Below are positions 1-10,110 of a stretch of 48,271 nt of DNA, one piece after another. The translations under genes and the position numbers were made by a program. Within the stretch, counting starts at the first letter, position 1. Each line of letters begins with the position of its first letter. The stretch lies in contig DAUP01000074.1 in assembly GCA_002505185.1 (NCBI GenBank), forward strand, positions 1 to 48,271, written 5' to 3'. Below the pieces are notes generated by a model. It was not told where the DNA came from and ran no database searches. It worked only from the letters and a program-made list of their open reading frames with translations. This DNA comes from Ferroplasmaceae archaeon UBA567. GTDB lineage: Archaea > Thermoplasmatota > Thermoplasmata > Thermoplasmatales > Thermoplasmataceae.

Positions 1-1296
1 CCAGAGGTTATACTTCCGAAATGTACAGACAGCTGTTTCATGTGCCCCATAAAAGGTTATGAAAAGAAAATACAGAAAATGAAGGATTCTGGAAATTATG
101 GAAAGTATTATAATTCTGCTGACCAGTTCCTTGCAGGAATTTCTGAAACATACAGGATTCTGGAAAATGAAAAGGCCCCTCTCATGGGAGTTATAAAGAC
201 AAATTACGGTTCAGTTAATTACTGTAAAAGAGGAAACGCTGATGAACTTATAATATCAGGGATACAAAACTATGATAATGATATTTACAGGCTTCTGGCA
301 TTTACTAATACAGTTAAATTAAAAAAATTAAGGGTATATTCCACTAAGAATTATTTTACAGCAACATGTAGGGAAAAAATTGATAGTGATTTTATATCAG
401 ACCTTCTGAGGGAAGAGAATATACCCTTTGAAGCACAGGAAGGAAAAATAGTACTGGGAACCTCGGGAAATAAGATAACTGTGTCCGTTTATAATGCTGT
501 GCTGGATGTCTATGAAGATTTTGACCATAACATAGTCTTCATAATGCTGAAACATATGCTATTACCTGATATTCCATTTAAAATACAGTCAGACTTCATG
601 GATTTTATACCCGATAATCCAGAGATCATAAATGAATTCATACAGAAGAGGATCAGTACGAAACAGTTAATGGCTCATTTAAGAAAGGACAAGATCAATT
701 ATGCCCTGAAAAACAATTATTACATTATAGATTACCAGAAATATGATATTGACCAGTTTCTGGACAAACTTGAATTTGATGATGAATTAAAACCATTCAT
801 CCGGGAAAAAATAGCCTCAAAGGGATTCGTGCTTGAATCACCAAGCCAACGTAAGGTACTTGAATATCTTTTCCCGAAATATAAAAACGAAATAGTAAAA
901 TTAATGTATGATCTTACAGACTCTGAAATTAAGTCCCTGAAGGGAAACCCAGTGGAGGTTATAGAAAATGCAAAGCTCTTGAAGAGCAAGAAATCCATGG
1001 AATCAAAAATTATGGATCCATGGTCAGAGAATTCAAAGTATTTAATAGATTTGATTACATATTATTTTAATTATGGAAAATCCGACTCAATAAAATTCGG
1101 CAGAAAAAACATGCATAATGATATTCAGAAATCCATATACTATGCCTTTTTGAAAGCCGTTGGGAATGAGGAGGAGTGGATGTTCAGTGAAAACCAGATT
1201 CTGCTTGGAAAGAGGATATATGAGTATGTTGACGATATGGTGAATAACCAGGACGTGAACGATCAACTGAAGAAAATAAAGGGGATAATAGGATAA
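1..1296 (+). CDS. Hypothetical protein, 5'-truncated by the window edge
   Basis: The frame is open from base 1 (PEVILPKCTDSCFMCPIK...), so the ATG at 40 is probably internal. The TAA stop overlaps the next ATG (TAATG). No family recognised. Confidence 0.75.
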   Translation, partial: PEVILPKCTDSCFMCPIKGYEKKIQKMKDSGNYGKYYNSADQFLAGISETYRILENEKAPLMGVIKTNYGSVNYCKRGNADELIISGIQNYDNDIYRLLAFTNTVKLKKLRVYSTKNYFTATCREKIDSDFISDLLREENIPFEAQEGKIVLGTSGNKITVSVYNAVLDVYEDFDHNIVFIMLKHMLLPDIPFKIQSDFMDFIPDNPEIINEFIQKRISTKQLMAHLRKDKINYALKNNYYIIDYQKYDIDQFLDKLEFDDELKPFIREKIASKGFVLESPSQRKVLEYLFPKYKNEIVKLMYDLTDSEIKSLKGNPVEVIENAKLLKSKKSMESKIMDPWSENSKYLIDLITYYFNYGKSDSIKFGRKNMHNDIQKSIYYAFLKAVGNEEEWMFSENQILLGKRIYEYVDDMVNNQDVNDQLKKIKGIIG

Positions 1297-1745
1297 TGTC
1301 CAGGCATATACTATCAAAAAAGGATTACAGAGCTTTCATGGAAAAACTTGAGAAATTCAATATAGATGGAACATCCATGGCGGATATAGAGGTAGAGACA
1401 AATAAGAAAAATGAGGTTTATTATTTTTCTGGAAAACCAATATTTTATAATGGCATCCCCACGTTATACCTGATAAACTATCTAAAGGTAAAAACATACA
1501 ATGTTACCGTTGACAATGGAGCTGTTCCACATATAATGAACGGCTCAAATCTTTTTGCACCGGGAATAATTGAAATGGATATGAATATTAGAAATGGAGA
1601 TATGGTTTTTATTAAAAACTCAGAAGGTTTGTATATTGCAATAGGAAAAGCAAATGAAGACAGCGATGTTATAATGGCAACTAAAAAGGGAGAGGCAGTG
1701 GAGATATTGCACTATCTGAATGACAGAATTATGAAAGAATTTTAA
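1296..1745 (+). CDS. PUA-domain RNA-binding protein (pre-PUA/PUA, MCT-1-like)
   Basis: IPTLY...VTVDNGAVPHIMNGSNLFAPGI...GDMV...KKGEAVEILHYLND matches the archaeal pre-PUA/PUA signature. Confidence 0.88.
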   Translation: MSRHILSKKDYRAFMEKLEKFNIDGTSMADIEVETNKKNEVYYFSGKPIFYNGIPTLYLINYLKVKTYNVTVDNGAVPHIMNGSNLFAPGIIEMDMNIRNGDMVFIKNSEGLYIAIGKANEDSDVIMATKKGEAVEILHYLNDRIMKEF

Positions 1746-1863
1746 TTGCCATGATGCCTTTAATTAACAGGATAATGGCATCATCTATTGGGAATACATT
1801 ACTTTAGAAAAATCAGGCAAAAATTGACAAAATACTTAATTATACATTAGATATGTATATTAC

Positions 1864-2313
1864 ATGGAAACCTTAAATGTAGGGGATCATGCCCCGGATT
1901 TTGAAACCCTAGACCAGGATGGAAAGACAGTGAAGCTTTCGGATTTTGAGGACAAGGTTGTAGTTCTCTATTTCTACCCTAAAGACAACACTCCCGGATG
2001 TACTATGGAGGCGAAAAATTTCAGGGACAATATAGATATGTTTAAAGAGAAGGGAATATCTGTACTGGGTGTAAGTGTTGATTCTAGCGAGTCACACAAA
2101 AAGTTTCAGGAAAAATTGGGGCTTAATTTCACATTGCTCAGTGACAAACCAAAGGAGATAGTTAAGAAATACGGAGTCCTGGGGCTTGCAACGGCAAAAA
2201 GAGTTACATATATTATCAAGGATGGAAAAATTGTTTATGTATATCCAAAAGTCAGTCCCAGGGAGCATGCAAAGGAGGTCTATGAAAAAATTGAGGAATT
2301 AAAGCTTGTATAA
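1864..2313 (+). CDS. bcp: Peroxiredoxin, BCP/PrxQ subfamily
   Basis: YFYPKDNTPGCTME peroxidatic motif (PxxxTxxC), GVSVDS and FTLLSD. Only one Cys in the protein. Confidence 0.92.
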   Translation: METLNVGDHAPDFETLDQDGKTVKLSDFEDKVVVLYFYPKDNTPGCTMEAKNFRDNIDMFKEKGISVLGVSVDSSESHKKFQEKLGLNFTLLSDKPKEIVKKYGVLGLATAKRVTYIIKDGKIVYVYPKVSPREHAKEVYEKIEELKLV

Positions 2314-2529
2314 TTTCTCTTAAATTTATGATTTAACGAAATTGCTTTTTATACTGAAATTTATCAGTGAAACAATAAGTGAAACCAGCAACCATAAAAC
2401 GGAAATCATTATTAAAAATGGATTGAACTTTATTACTGAATATGTTAAAATGGCTACAGGCACAAGATATTTTATTATTATCCAAAATATTGTATAGAGA
2501 GCCATAAAAATCTAAAATAAAAAATGTAT

Positions 2530-2835
2530 TTATCCGAAAAGAGAGCTTAAACCAGCCATTGCATCTGAGTCAGATTCGTCTTTCTTCTCTTCCTTCTTTT
2601 CTTCTTTCTTTTTCTCTTCCTTCTTTGCTTCCTTTGCAGGTGCTGCTGCTACTGGAGCGGCCGCGGCATTTTTAAGGACGTCTTCTATATTGACATTTTT
2701 CATGCTTTCAAGCAATGATTTCAATCTTGCGTCATCTGCCGCCACTCCTGCGTCTGTCAGTACCTTCTTTAGGTTCTCTTCATCTATTTCTTTTCCTGCT
2801 GAGTGAAGCAGTAAAGCTCCATATATATATTCCAT
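2530..2835 (-). CDS. rpl12: 50S ribosomal protein L12/P1 (archaeal stalk)
   Basis: [17 protein letters not shown] start, Ala-rich hinge, acidic tail ending GLSSLFG. GAGGTG SD upstream. Confidence 0.97.
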   Translation of the reverse strand: MEYIYGALLLHSAGKEIDEENLKKVLTDAGVAADDARLKSLLESMKNVNIEDVLKNAAAAPVAAAPAKEAKKEEKKKEEKKEEKKDESDSDAMAGLSSLFG

Positions 2836-2844
2836 TTTATCACC

Positions 2845-3801
2845 TCATCCAAATAAAGATCCAAGTCCCGCTGCTGCGTCATCCTCGGATCCTTCATCTT
2901 TCTTGTCCTCTGTTTTGCTTTCTTCAGGGTTTTCATCCTCTATATTTTCATTATTTAAATCTTTATTTATTAATGAATTTAGAGTTGTAGCGTTTATTAC
3001 AGCTTTCCTTATAAAAATATCTATATTCTTCTCATCAACAAAGTTTGCTGCAAGTGCAAGTCCCAGTGCCTGAAGATGTGCCTTAGATAGAAGTTCAGGC
3101 ATTATTTCCGGCACCAGGAAGTCCGTCTTCAATGCAAGTGCTTTTGCCTTCAGGAATGCTCCTGCCATATCAGATACTATCTGTTCCACTGTGATAGAAA
3201 GTGCATCCTTTGTGTACACAAGCCCATCATCGTATGCAGCTATCATCTCAAGGCCTACTGTGACAGGAAGTATCTCAAGTTTTTCAAGTACCTGAGCCTT
3301 GTCCTTCGATATTGCCTGGCCTTTTTTTACCAGTGTAACTTCGCTCTTGATTACTATTTTACCCTTTTCTATTCCAGCCGGTATTCCTGCCTTCTGGAAT
3401 ACGGATATCATAGGACCTGGAGGAAATGATGTTTCCTTGGGCTCTATTACTATATCATCCTCTGCTATTTCCCCTCCCCGGGCTGCAGCCTTGGTTCTTT
3501 TAGAAACCAGTATATCGTAGACCGTTTTTGGAGATTTGGTTGTTGTTATAAGTGCTATCTGGCCATATGAGTAGTCTATAAGCCCACCAATATTCTTCTT
3601 TCTGGACTTCTCCAAAGCAAGCCTGAGCAATCTTGATCTTAGAACCTGCATTTTTGCTTCTCCACGTATGTCATTCCTAATTTTCTGAAACTCTTTGTTT
3701 CGCAATCCCTTTATACTTATAACCGCGGATACTGGACTTTCATCTATCTCCTCAGTAAGATGTTTGACCTTATCCACTTTCCACTGTGCTGGCTCTCTCA
3801 T
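2845..3801 (-). CDS. rplP0: 50S ribosomal protein L10/P0
   Basis: [17 protein letters not shown]-terminal [10 protein letters not shown]; lies between L1 and L12. Confidence 0.97.
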   Translation of the reverse strand: MREPAQWKVDKVKHLTEEIDESPVSAVISIKGLRNKEFQKIRNDIRGEAKMQVLRSRLLRLALEKSRKKNIGGLIDYSYGQIALITTTKSPKTVYDILVSKRTKAAARGGEIAEDDIVIEPKETSFPPGPMISVFQKAGIPAGIEKGKIVIKSEVTLVKKGQAISKDKAQVLEKLEILPVTVGLEMIAAYDDGLVYTKDALSITVEQIVSDMAGAFLKAKALALKTDFLVPEIMPELLSKAHLQALGLALAANFVDEKNIDIFIRKAVINATTLNSLINKDLNNENIEDENPEESKTEDKKDEGSEDDAAAGLGSLFG

Positions 3802-4445
3802 TCTATATCACCTAAATTAATTGTAATTGCCTTGCTCATTGTACTCTTAATATAAGCAGAGGCTATATTTCCCTTTCCCTTATCAAGGTGAGAGATTATC
3901 CTTTTCATAACTGTGTTGAGATTAGTATACAGGTCTTCATTTTTCATAGATTTTGTTCCAACAGGTACATGAAATGTAACCTTATCCTTGCTTCTTGCAC
4001 GTACACTCTTTTTAAGATTTTCTATTAATGGTGTAGGATCCTGTCCTGGGGGTAAGGGCTTTGGCATTTTCCCCCGTGGCCCAAGAATTATACCAAGGTT
4101 TTTTCCCACATTGCCCATAATCGTTGATTCAGCCACAAAGAAATCTATGCCTTTCACAACCTTCTTAAATGATCTCTTATCATCAGAAAAATTGTTCAGG
4201 TCTTCTATTGAATATAAGAAATCTGCGTTCTTGGCCTTTTGCCGCATTTCTTCACTGGCAATGACTGCCACTTTTATATCCCTGCCCCTTCCTGCAGGAA
4301 GAATGATTTCTTCATTTATCCTGTTTTTTGGGTCAGCCATATCAACATCTTTAAGGTTTATTCCAACCTCTATACTTTCCTCAAAATTCCTTTTCTTGAA
4401 TTTTTTTAGTTCTTTTATATTTTCTATAATACTATTTTCCATCAC
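3798..4445 (-). CDS. rpl1: 50S ribosomal protein L1
   Basis: [38 protein letters not shown] motifs. Confidence 0.97.
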   Translation of the reverse strand: MMENSIIENIKELKKFKKRNFEESIEVGINLKDVDMADPKNRINEEIILPAGRGRDIKVAVIASEEMRQKAKNADFLYSIEDLNNFSDDKRSFKKVVKGIDFFVAESTIMGNVGKNLGIILGPRGKMPKPLPPGQDPTPLIENLKKSVRARSKDKVTFHVPVGTKSMKNEDLYTNLNTVMKRIISHLDKGKGNIASAYIKSTMSKAITINLGDIE

Positions 4446-4918
4446 TTCTCACCGATATCTATTTCGCCAGCCTTTATTAGTTTCTGAATTTCAGAAGCAT
4501 TCTTGCCATCAACTGTGATTCCCAGTGACAGCGCAGTGCCTAAAACTTCAAGGACGGCTCCTTTCATTGTGTATGAAAGTAAACCGGATTTTTTGGATTC
4601 CGCAACCTTTTTAACCTGTTCAAGTGTCAAATTTCCAGCATAACTTTCCTTGTTCTTGCCGGATCCCTTGGCTATTCCAGCCTCCTTCTTCAGCAAAGCG
4701 GAAGTTGGAGGAATACCTATTATTATTTCATATTTCTTGGTAGAGGGATCCACCACATTTACTGTTACAGGAACCTGCATACCGGCAAATGACTTGGTCT
4801 GCTCATTTATATCCTTTATAACCTGCCCAAGATTAAGACCCAAAGGACCCAGGGCAGGGCCTAAAGGAGGACCTGTTGTGGCTTTTCCACCTTCAACCAT
4901 TGTTTTAACTGCAACCAT
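4442..4918 (-). CDS. rpl11: 50S ribosomal protein L11
   Basis: GGKATTGPPLGPALGPLG and PPTSALLKK motifs. GAAGGTG SD upstream. Confidence 0.97.
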   Translation of the reverse strand: MVAVKTMVEGGKATTGPPLGPALGPLGLNLGQVIKDINEQTKSFAGMQVPVTVNVVDPSTKKYEIIIGIPPTSALLKKEAGIAKGSGKNKESYAGNLTLEQVKKVAESKKSGLLSYTMKGAVLEVLGTALSLGITVDGKNASEIQKLIKAGEIDIGEK

Positions 4919-5398
4919 ATATTACACCTTCGATTATACCCTATTTCTAACTCATTTTTAATATTTTCTTTTTAACATATTTATTTAATGTGAATTTAAA
5001 CGGCAATTTAACCAGATTTATCATACCAGGTCAAAATATTTTTCATCCAGTATTTATTCCTGTGTCCCCTGAAATTTCTGTGAGCAACCTGCCACTTAAG
5101 TACTCCGGTTTTATGGAAACACAAGCATATGCCTCAGTCATGGTATCACATTTATCCCATTCCCTCCAAATGTATATGATCCGCTTTCAAATGGGTCCTA
5201 CCAATAATAAATTGGAAACAGGTTTCATCCACTAATCCAAAAACATTCTTAGCCTTATACTGAAACAGTGTTTCTAAAATATATCTTTCCCCATTAATAT
5301 AAAATCAACGGCAGTTTATATATTATATTTTCTAAAAGCGCTTATCATATCCATGAAAAAATAAAAAATAAGATATATAAAAAGAATATCATACATGG

Positions 5399-6064
5399 AT
5401 GATGGTAAATATTATTGACGGTAGAAAAGAAAAAAAATTTGATGATTCTACAAAGGTTCTTATTGATATATTCAGGGCTACTACTACACTGCCACTTATG
5501 CTGTATAGGGGTGCAGAGTTTATAATCCCGGTGCGAACTGTAACAGAAACACGAAGAATGAAGGCAAAAAATCCTGAATATCTTACCAGTGGTGAGAGGT
5601 ATGGAATCAGAATTCCTGGTTTTAACTATGGAAATTCCCCAGGCGTCATAATCAATGAGGACCTTTCCAACAAAACTCTTCTGTTTACTTCCACAAATGG
5701 AATAAAGGTACTTTTTAAAATTATGGAATACCCTGGAACCATATATCTCTCATCATTCATAAATTTTACAGCAACATACGATGCAATAAAGGACAGCGAT
5801 AGGGTATCAATTATTGTTTCTAACAGGCCTGATGGAGTATCAGATGAGGATTATATCTACGCCAACATGCTCAAAAGCAAACTGGAAGGAAAGGATGTAA
5901 ATGTTAATGATTACTGCAATCAGATAAGGGTGAGCCATGGGGCAAAAAGGCTGAAAATTATGGGTGCAGGGGCAGACATAGAGAGTTCACTGAAGGTTGA
6001 TATTTACAGTAACCCAGTTATCTACAGTAACGGAAAAATAATGCCTTTAATCAAATCTCTATAA
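5399..6064 (+). CDS. 2-phosphosulfolactate phosphatase (ComB) family protein
   Basis: IDIFRATTT, GERYG..PGFNYGNSP, TSTNG and (S)DED motifs typical of ComB-family phosphatases. Confidence 0.85.
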   Translation: MMVNIIDGRKEKKFDDSTKVLIDIFRATTTLPLMLYRGAEFIIPVRTVTETRRMKAKNPEYLTSGERYGIRIPGFNYGNSPGVIINEDLSNKTLLFTSTNGIKVLFKIMEYPGTIYLSSFINFTATYDAIKDSDRVSIIVSNRPDGVSDEDYIYANMLKSKLEGKDVNVNDYCNQIRVSHGAKRLKIMGAGADIESSLKVDIYSNPVIYSNGKIMPLIKSL

Positions 6065-6725
6065 TATCACCAGGGGACATTGATGTGCCCCTTGATTTTG
6101 CCAGATAGCCCAGAAGATATTCGGCCCACATAAGCTTTATTTTTTTCCTTGAAACAGCTGCTTGGTCATAATTTGGTTTCATATTTACATTCTTGAAATC
6201 AAAACCCAGGAGTGTTATATGAGGTGCACCAAGATGATCGGCAAGAAAGGCTGATCGATCGCCGTCACTGAATCCACCGTAATTATAAAGATATTTCATG
6301 GGTATATGCTGTGTGGTTGCTATTCCACGGGAAAAATATCTTGCGTACTTTGTTATTGCAGGCATGTTGTCACCATGTGCATGGACAAAAACAAATGATC
6401 CGTGGTTGTATGCATCTATTATGGAATCCATATTTCCGTCAAGATCCGTTACTATCATGTCAGGGTTTCCATATAGGCTATTATAGGTTTCAATAGCAGA
6501 ATCAGCTACTATTACATATCCCCCTGAAATAGTCCCAAGTACGTTTTCCAGGTTTTTACCATTGCCGACTATGAATGCATTTCTACCACGATATGGTTCT
6601 ATTATCCCATCACTGTTGTGGATGAATTTTCTTAAAAGTATAGAGGATTCATAATCTGCCATTCTATTTATTTTCAATGAATCGGTGATCTGAAGGTATA
6701 ATGGAAACCAGTCCTCGAAATTCAT
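6051..6725 (-). CDS. 6-hydroxymethylpterin diphosphokinase MptE-like (DUF115) protein
   Basis: IVADSA, PDMIVTDLDG, VHAHGDN, YNYGGFSDGDR, LLGFDF and KKIKLMWA motifs. Confidence 0.85.
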   Translation of the reverse strand: MNFEDWFPLYLQITDSLKINRMADYESSILLRKFIHNSDGIIEPYRGRNAFIVGNGKNLENVLGTISGGYVIVADSAIETYNSLYGNPDMIVTDLDGNMDSIIDAYNHGSFVFVHAHGDNMPAITKYARYFSRGIATTQHIPMKYLYNYGGFSDGDRSAFLADHLGAPHITLLGFDFKNVNMKPNYDQAAVSRKKIKLMWAEYLLGYLAKSRGTSMSPGDIIEI

Positions 6726-7849
6726 TTTATCTCCATCACATTGCTATTCTTGTTCTTTATTGAGGAAAAGTATTTATGCACTGCAGATGCAGACAGTGCT
6801 ATTATTATTCCAGCTATTATGTATCCCAGATACAATGTCATGGAAGCGAATGTTATGAATCCAACAACGTACCTCACATAGTTCATCATGCCATAAAATA
6901 TCAGTACTATGGCCAGAGAAAATGATATGCCATACCACATCTTTGACATGCCATGCCTTTCCTCCATATACACATCGAATGCATCGAAAAGCTCCTTTGA
7001 AACAAAGGATGCTAATGCCCACCAGACTAATACAGTAAGAAATACAAGAACCTTATTGATAAGGGGAACGGTTTTTATTGTGGACTCATAGCTGTATGCT
7101 ATACCTATGACTATGATAAAGAACGAAACCACGTAAGAAAGCATGGAAATTTTTGCTTCCTGGGAATATTCCTTCATATTCACGACCAGTTTTACAATAA
7201 GCTGGTTGATCTCAACTGCCCTACCTACGAAATATGCCCCAAGGATTATGGTAACAAGCATTACCGCCCCGCTGCCAGGGCTAAGCAAATAGGATTTTGT
7301 AATTACCATATAGTATATGGTAAAGATCAAAAGCGACAATCCATAGCTCAAAAGAAGTAAACCCACCGGTATTGTGAATTTCCTTGCAATTTTCTTATCC
7401 TTGATTCCTCTGATGATATAATAATAAAGTGATTCTATATTTTCATTATGGCGCACAAGGATATGTTTTACATATCTTATTCGGATCCTCGATGATATGA
7501 TAGGTATTATGTAGTCATCCTCTGCACCATCAGATACAAGTATAAGATCATCGTAATGCTCCATGGAGAGTACATCGTCTAGCTGCCTGCTAAGTATTTC
7601 GTCGGATTTTGCCCCCACATCGTCATCACCGGTGATCAGTGCAATTTCAACATTTTCATTTTTCCTCTTCAAGTCCTCATATACTCTTAGTGCGCCAAAA
7701 AGGGCGTTTGCATCAGAGTCTTCAGGATCAACAGAGATTAACTTAAGGGCTGCATTATAGCATTCCCCATACCCCGTAACGGGCCCATCCATTCCTGCCT
7801 TTATCCCGTAATCATTGTCACGGTCGACATTCAGTATAAGGGTTGTCAT
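6722..7849 (-). CDS. DUF373-family membrane protein
   Basis: LILNVDRDNDYG..AG...PV.G, DPEDSDANALF and LVSDGAEDD N-terminal motifs, followed by about 6 hydrophobic segments. Confidence 0.85.
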   Translation of the reverse strand: MTTLILNVDRDNDYGIKAGMDGPVTGYGECYNAALKLISVDPEDSDANALFGALRVYEDLKRKNENVEIALITGDDDVGAKSDEILSRQLDDVLSMEHYDDLILVSDGAEDDYIIPIISSRIRIRYVKHILVRHNENIESLYYYIIRGIKDKKIARKFTIPVGLLLLSYGLSLLIFTIYYMVITKSYLLSPGSGAVMLVTIILGAYFVGRAVEINQLIVKLVVNMKEYSQEAKISMLSYVVSFFIIVIGIAYSYESTIKTVPLINKVLVFLTVLVWWALASFVSKELFDAFDVYMEERHGMSKMWYGISFSLAIVLIFYGMMNYVRYVVGFITFASMTLYLGYIIAGIIIALSASAVHKYFSSIKNKNSNVMEIK

Positions 7850-7974
7850 ATACGATAACTATAATAGGAAATGTAAGTATATAAGTTTTATCAAATTGAT
7901 GATATAAAAAAAATAATGACTTCAAAAGCAACATTTCAGGTAATAATAACCACAGTATAGTGTGTTGTTTCAAG

Positions 7975-8187
7975 TTATTTTATTATAAAATATCCGGCAC
8001 TTTTCTGCCTGGCCACTCTTTTTACCATTTTTTATCAATAAGTTCCTTAAGTCCAGAATTAACCGGTGCCTTCCCGACAGATGCTTTTTTCATATATCAT
8101 CTGCTGTTTCCATATTCTCTTCTGATGTGGTCCCATTGCATTCAGGGAGCTATATATTTTTTCTGAGTTGCCTGATAGGTCTACCAT
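7975..8187 (-). pseudogene. Frameshifted small winged-helix DNA-binding protein
   Basis: Adding one base at each of three points gives a continuous ~71-aa protein MVDLSGNSEKIYSSLNAMGxTSEENMETADDIxKKASVGKAPVNSGLKELIDKKxVKRVARQKSAGYFIIK* with a wHTH pattern. Confidence 0.65.
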
Positions 8188-8281
8188 TTAGGATTCCAGT
8201 ACTATATTTTACATAAATACTATTAAACTAATAATTATTCGAAAAAGAGTAAAAAAAAATACTAATAAGCTATTTACTGTT

Positions 8282-9031
8282 ATGCTTAACTTTTATATGC
8301 TGTCCTCAGGCAGCAGAGGGAATTCGACTATAATATGGGATGAAAATGATATTATAATCATAGACTGCGGCATAAGCATGAAAAAGTTCTCTGAAAAAAC
8401 CTCTGAATTAAATATAGAAAATCTTGAAAAATCAATCTTTATAAGTCATGAACATTCCGACCATTCATCCGGTGCCAGGGCCATATCCAGGAAACTGAAA
8501 GCTGATGTGTATTCCAGGAATAAAACATTGGAAAAACTTCGCATGGATAATGCATATAGCATAAATGGGGAGGTCGCAATTGGAAATTTCTCCATAACCC
8601 CTATAACGGTAAACCATGATGCTGTCGACCCTGTTGTCTATATAATACGAAACAGGGGGGTGAAAATATCAGTTGTTTCCGACCTGGGAGTTGTTGATGA
8701 TTCCCTGCTTACAGAAATGAAAAACTCCAGTATAATGGCAATTGAAGCAAATCATGATCCGGAAATGCTTAAAAACGGTCCATATACAGAGGCGTTGAAA
8801 AGTAGAATAAGAAGCAATCATGGGCATTTGTCCAATGAACAATCAGCAGAAGCAATATATGCATGTGCCTCTGGTGAAACAAAAATTATACTTACACATT
8901 TAAGTGAAAAAAACAACACACCAGATATTGCCCTGCATACAGTAAAGTCCCATCTTCTAAACAGGGGCAGGAACTATAATTCCATAGAGGCAGCATCACA
9001 GGAGTTTGGAAGTACGCTCTATAGATTATAA
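8282..9031 (+). CDS. Metallo-beta-lactamase-fold hydrolase (YycJ/WalJ-like)
   Basis: SSGSRGN, IDCG, SHEHSDH, HDA, EANHD, HGHLSN and LTHLSEKNNTP motifs. Confidence 0.9.
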   Translation: MLNFYMLSSGSRGNSTIIWDENDIIIIDCGISMKKFSEKTSELNIENLEKSIFISHEHSDHSSGARAISRKLKADVYSRNKTLEKLRMDNAYSINGEVAIGNFSITPITVNHDAVDPVVYIIRNRGVKISVVSDLGVVDDSLLTEMKNSSIMAIEANHDPEMLKNGPYTEALKSRIRSNHGHLSNEQSAEAIYACASGETKIILTHLSEKNNTPDIALHTVKSHLLNRGRNYNSIEAASQEFGSTLYRL

Positions 9032-9090
9032 GTTATACAAACAAATTAGACCATGCCAAAGTTTTTGTATGCTTTTTATATATTTCCCCG

Positions 9091-10089
9091 ATGAATAACT
9101 ATGATCTTGTTATAATTGGAGCCGGTCCAACCGGGCTTTTTGCTACGTTTCTTGCAGGTCTCAGAGATATAAATAGCATAACACTGGAAGCCTTAGACTA
9201 CACTGGCGGGCAGATACCAGAACTTTATCCTGAGAAAATGGTATATGATGTACAGGGAATCCCGAAAATAAATGCTATGGAACTAAGGGATAAAATGTAT
9301 GAGCAGGCAAAATTATTTGATGGTGAAATTAAACTCGGAGCAAAGGTTACAGACATTATTCCAAATAATGATCAGTATATTATTGAGGTTAACGGCACAA
9401 AGGAATATAATTGCAAGGCGATCCTAATATGCACAGGTATAGGAGACTTTACACCAAGGAAGATAGGATGCCCCGGAGAAGATGAATTCAAGGGCAAGGG
9501 AGTCGAATATAATGTAAAGGATATAACAAAGTTTAAGGGAATGACAGTCGCAATTGTTGGCGGTGGCGATTCTGCATTAGATTATGCCAATGAGCTGGCA
9601 GGCACAGCAAAGAAAGTATATGTAATACACCACAATGATAAATTCAAGGCTGCTGAAAAGACACTTGATATGGCAATGAAAAACCCCCATATTTCACTGA
9701 TAATGAACACATCTATAAATGCCATAAAAGGAGACAGCCAGATCAGGGAAATTTCCATGATAAATAGTAATGATAAAACCACACAGGATATAAAAGTTGA
9801 CGCACTCATTATTGCCATAGGCCACGTGGGAAAAGCCAATGTGTTTAAATCCGTAAATATAGAAACCAGCAAAAACGGCAGATCCATAATGGTAGACAAC
9901 GAGTATCAGACAAATTTAAAGGGAATATTCTCCGTGGGAGATGCTGCAACAGTAGCGGGAGAGCCCATACATCCATTAATAGCTGTGGACGGTGGAAATG
10001 CCTATATTGCCATAAACTTCATCAAAAAATATTTAACACCTACCGCAACCATATTCGGAGGACACAGTTCGAGTCTTAATCTTAAATAA
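9091..10089 (+). CDS. Ferredoxin--NADP+ reductase (TrxB-like, YumC type)
   Basis: GAGPTGL FAD motif, GGQ..LYPEK.VYDV.G.P, GGGDSA NADPH motif, C-terminal GHSSS. No CxxC redox disulfide. Confidence 0.85.
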   Translation: MNNYDLVIIGAGPTGLFATFLAGLRDINSITLEALDYTGGQIPELYPEKMVYDVQGIPKINAMELRDKMYEQAKLFDGEIKLGAKVTDIIPNNDQYIIEVNGTKEYNCKAILICTGIGDFTPRKIGCPGEDEFKGKGVEYNVKDITKFKGMTVAIVGGGDSALDYANELAGTAKKVYVIHHNDKFKAAEKTLDMAMKNPHISLIMNTSINAIKGDSQIREISMINSNDKTTQDIKVDALIIAIGHVGKANVFKSVNIETSKNGRSIMVDNEYQTNLKGIFSVGDAATVAGEPIHPLIAVDGGNAYIAINFIKKYLTPTATIFGGHSSSLNLK

Positions 10090-10110
10090 GCATAAAACGA
10101 TATACAGTAA

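Noticed and set aside
1747-1780. Imperfect hairpin TGCCAT...ATGGCA after the PUA gene
   Set aside because: Probably an ordinary 3' structure; too weak to call as a terminator or repeat.
2575-2670. Low-complexity TTC/CTT and GCT repeats
   Set aside because: They encode the normal Ala-rich hinge and Glu/Lys-rich tail of ribosomal protein L12.
4990-5300. 81-aa plus-strand ORF and a stop-riddled minus-strand frame (MTEAYACVSIKPEY...) upstream of rpl11
   Set aside because: No recognisable family on either strand. It may be a gene relic but I cannot support a call.
7960-8166. 68-aa plus-strand ORF
   Set aside because: Antisense shadow of the frameshifted wHTH pseudogene.
9091-10089. Thioredoxin reductase call
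   Set aside because: The CxxC redox motif is absent; the LYPEK and GHSSS motifs indicate the FNR subtype.
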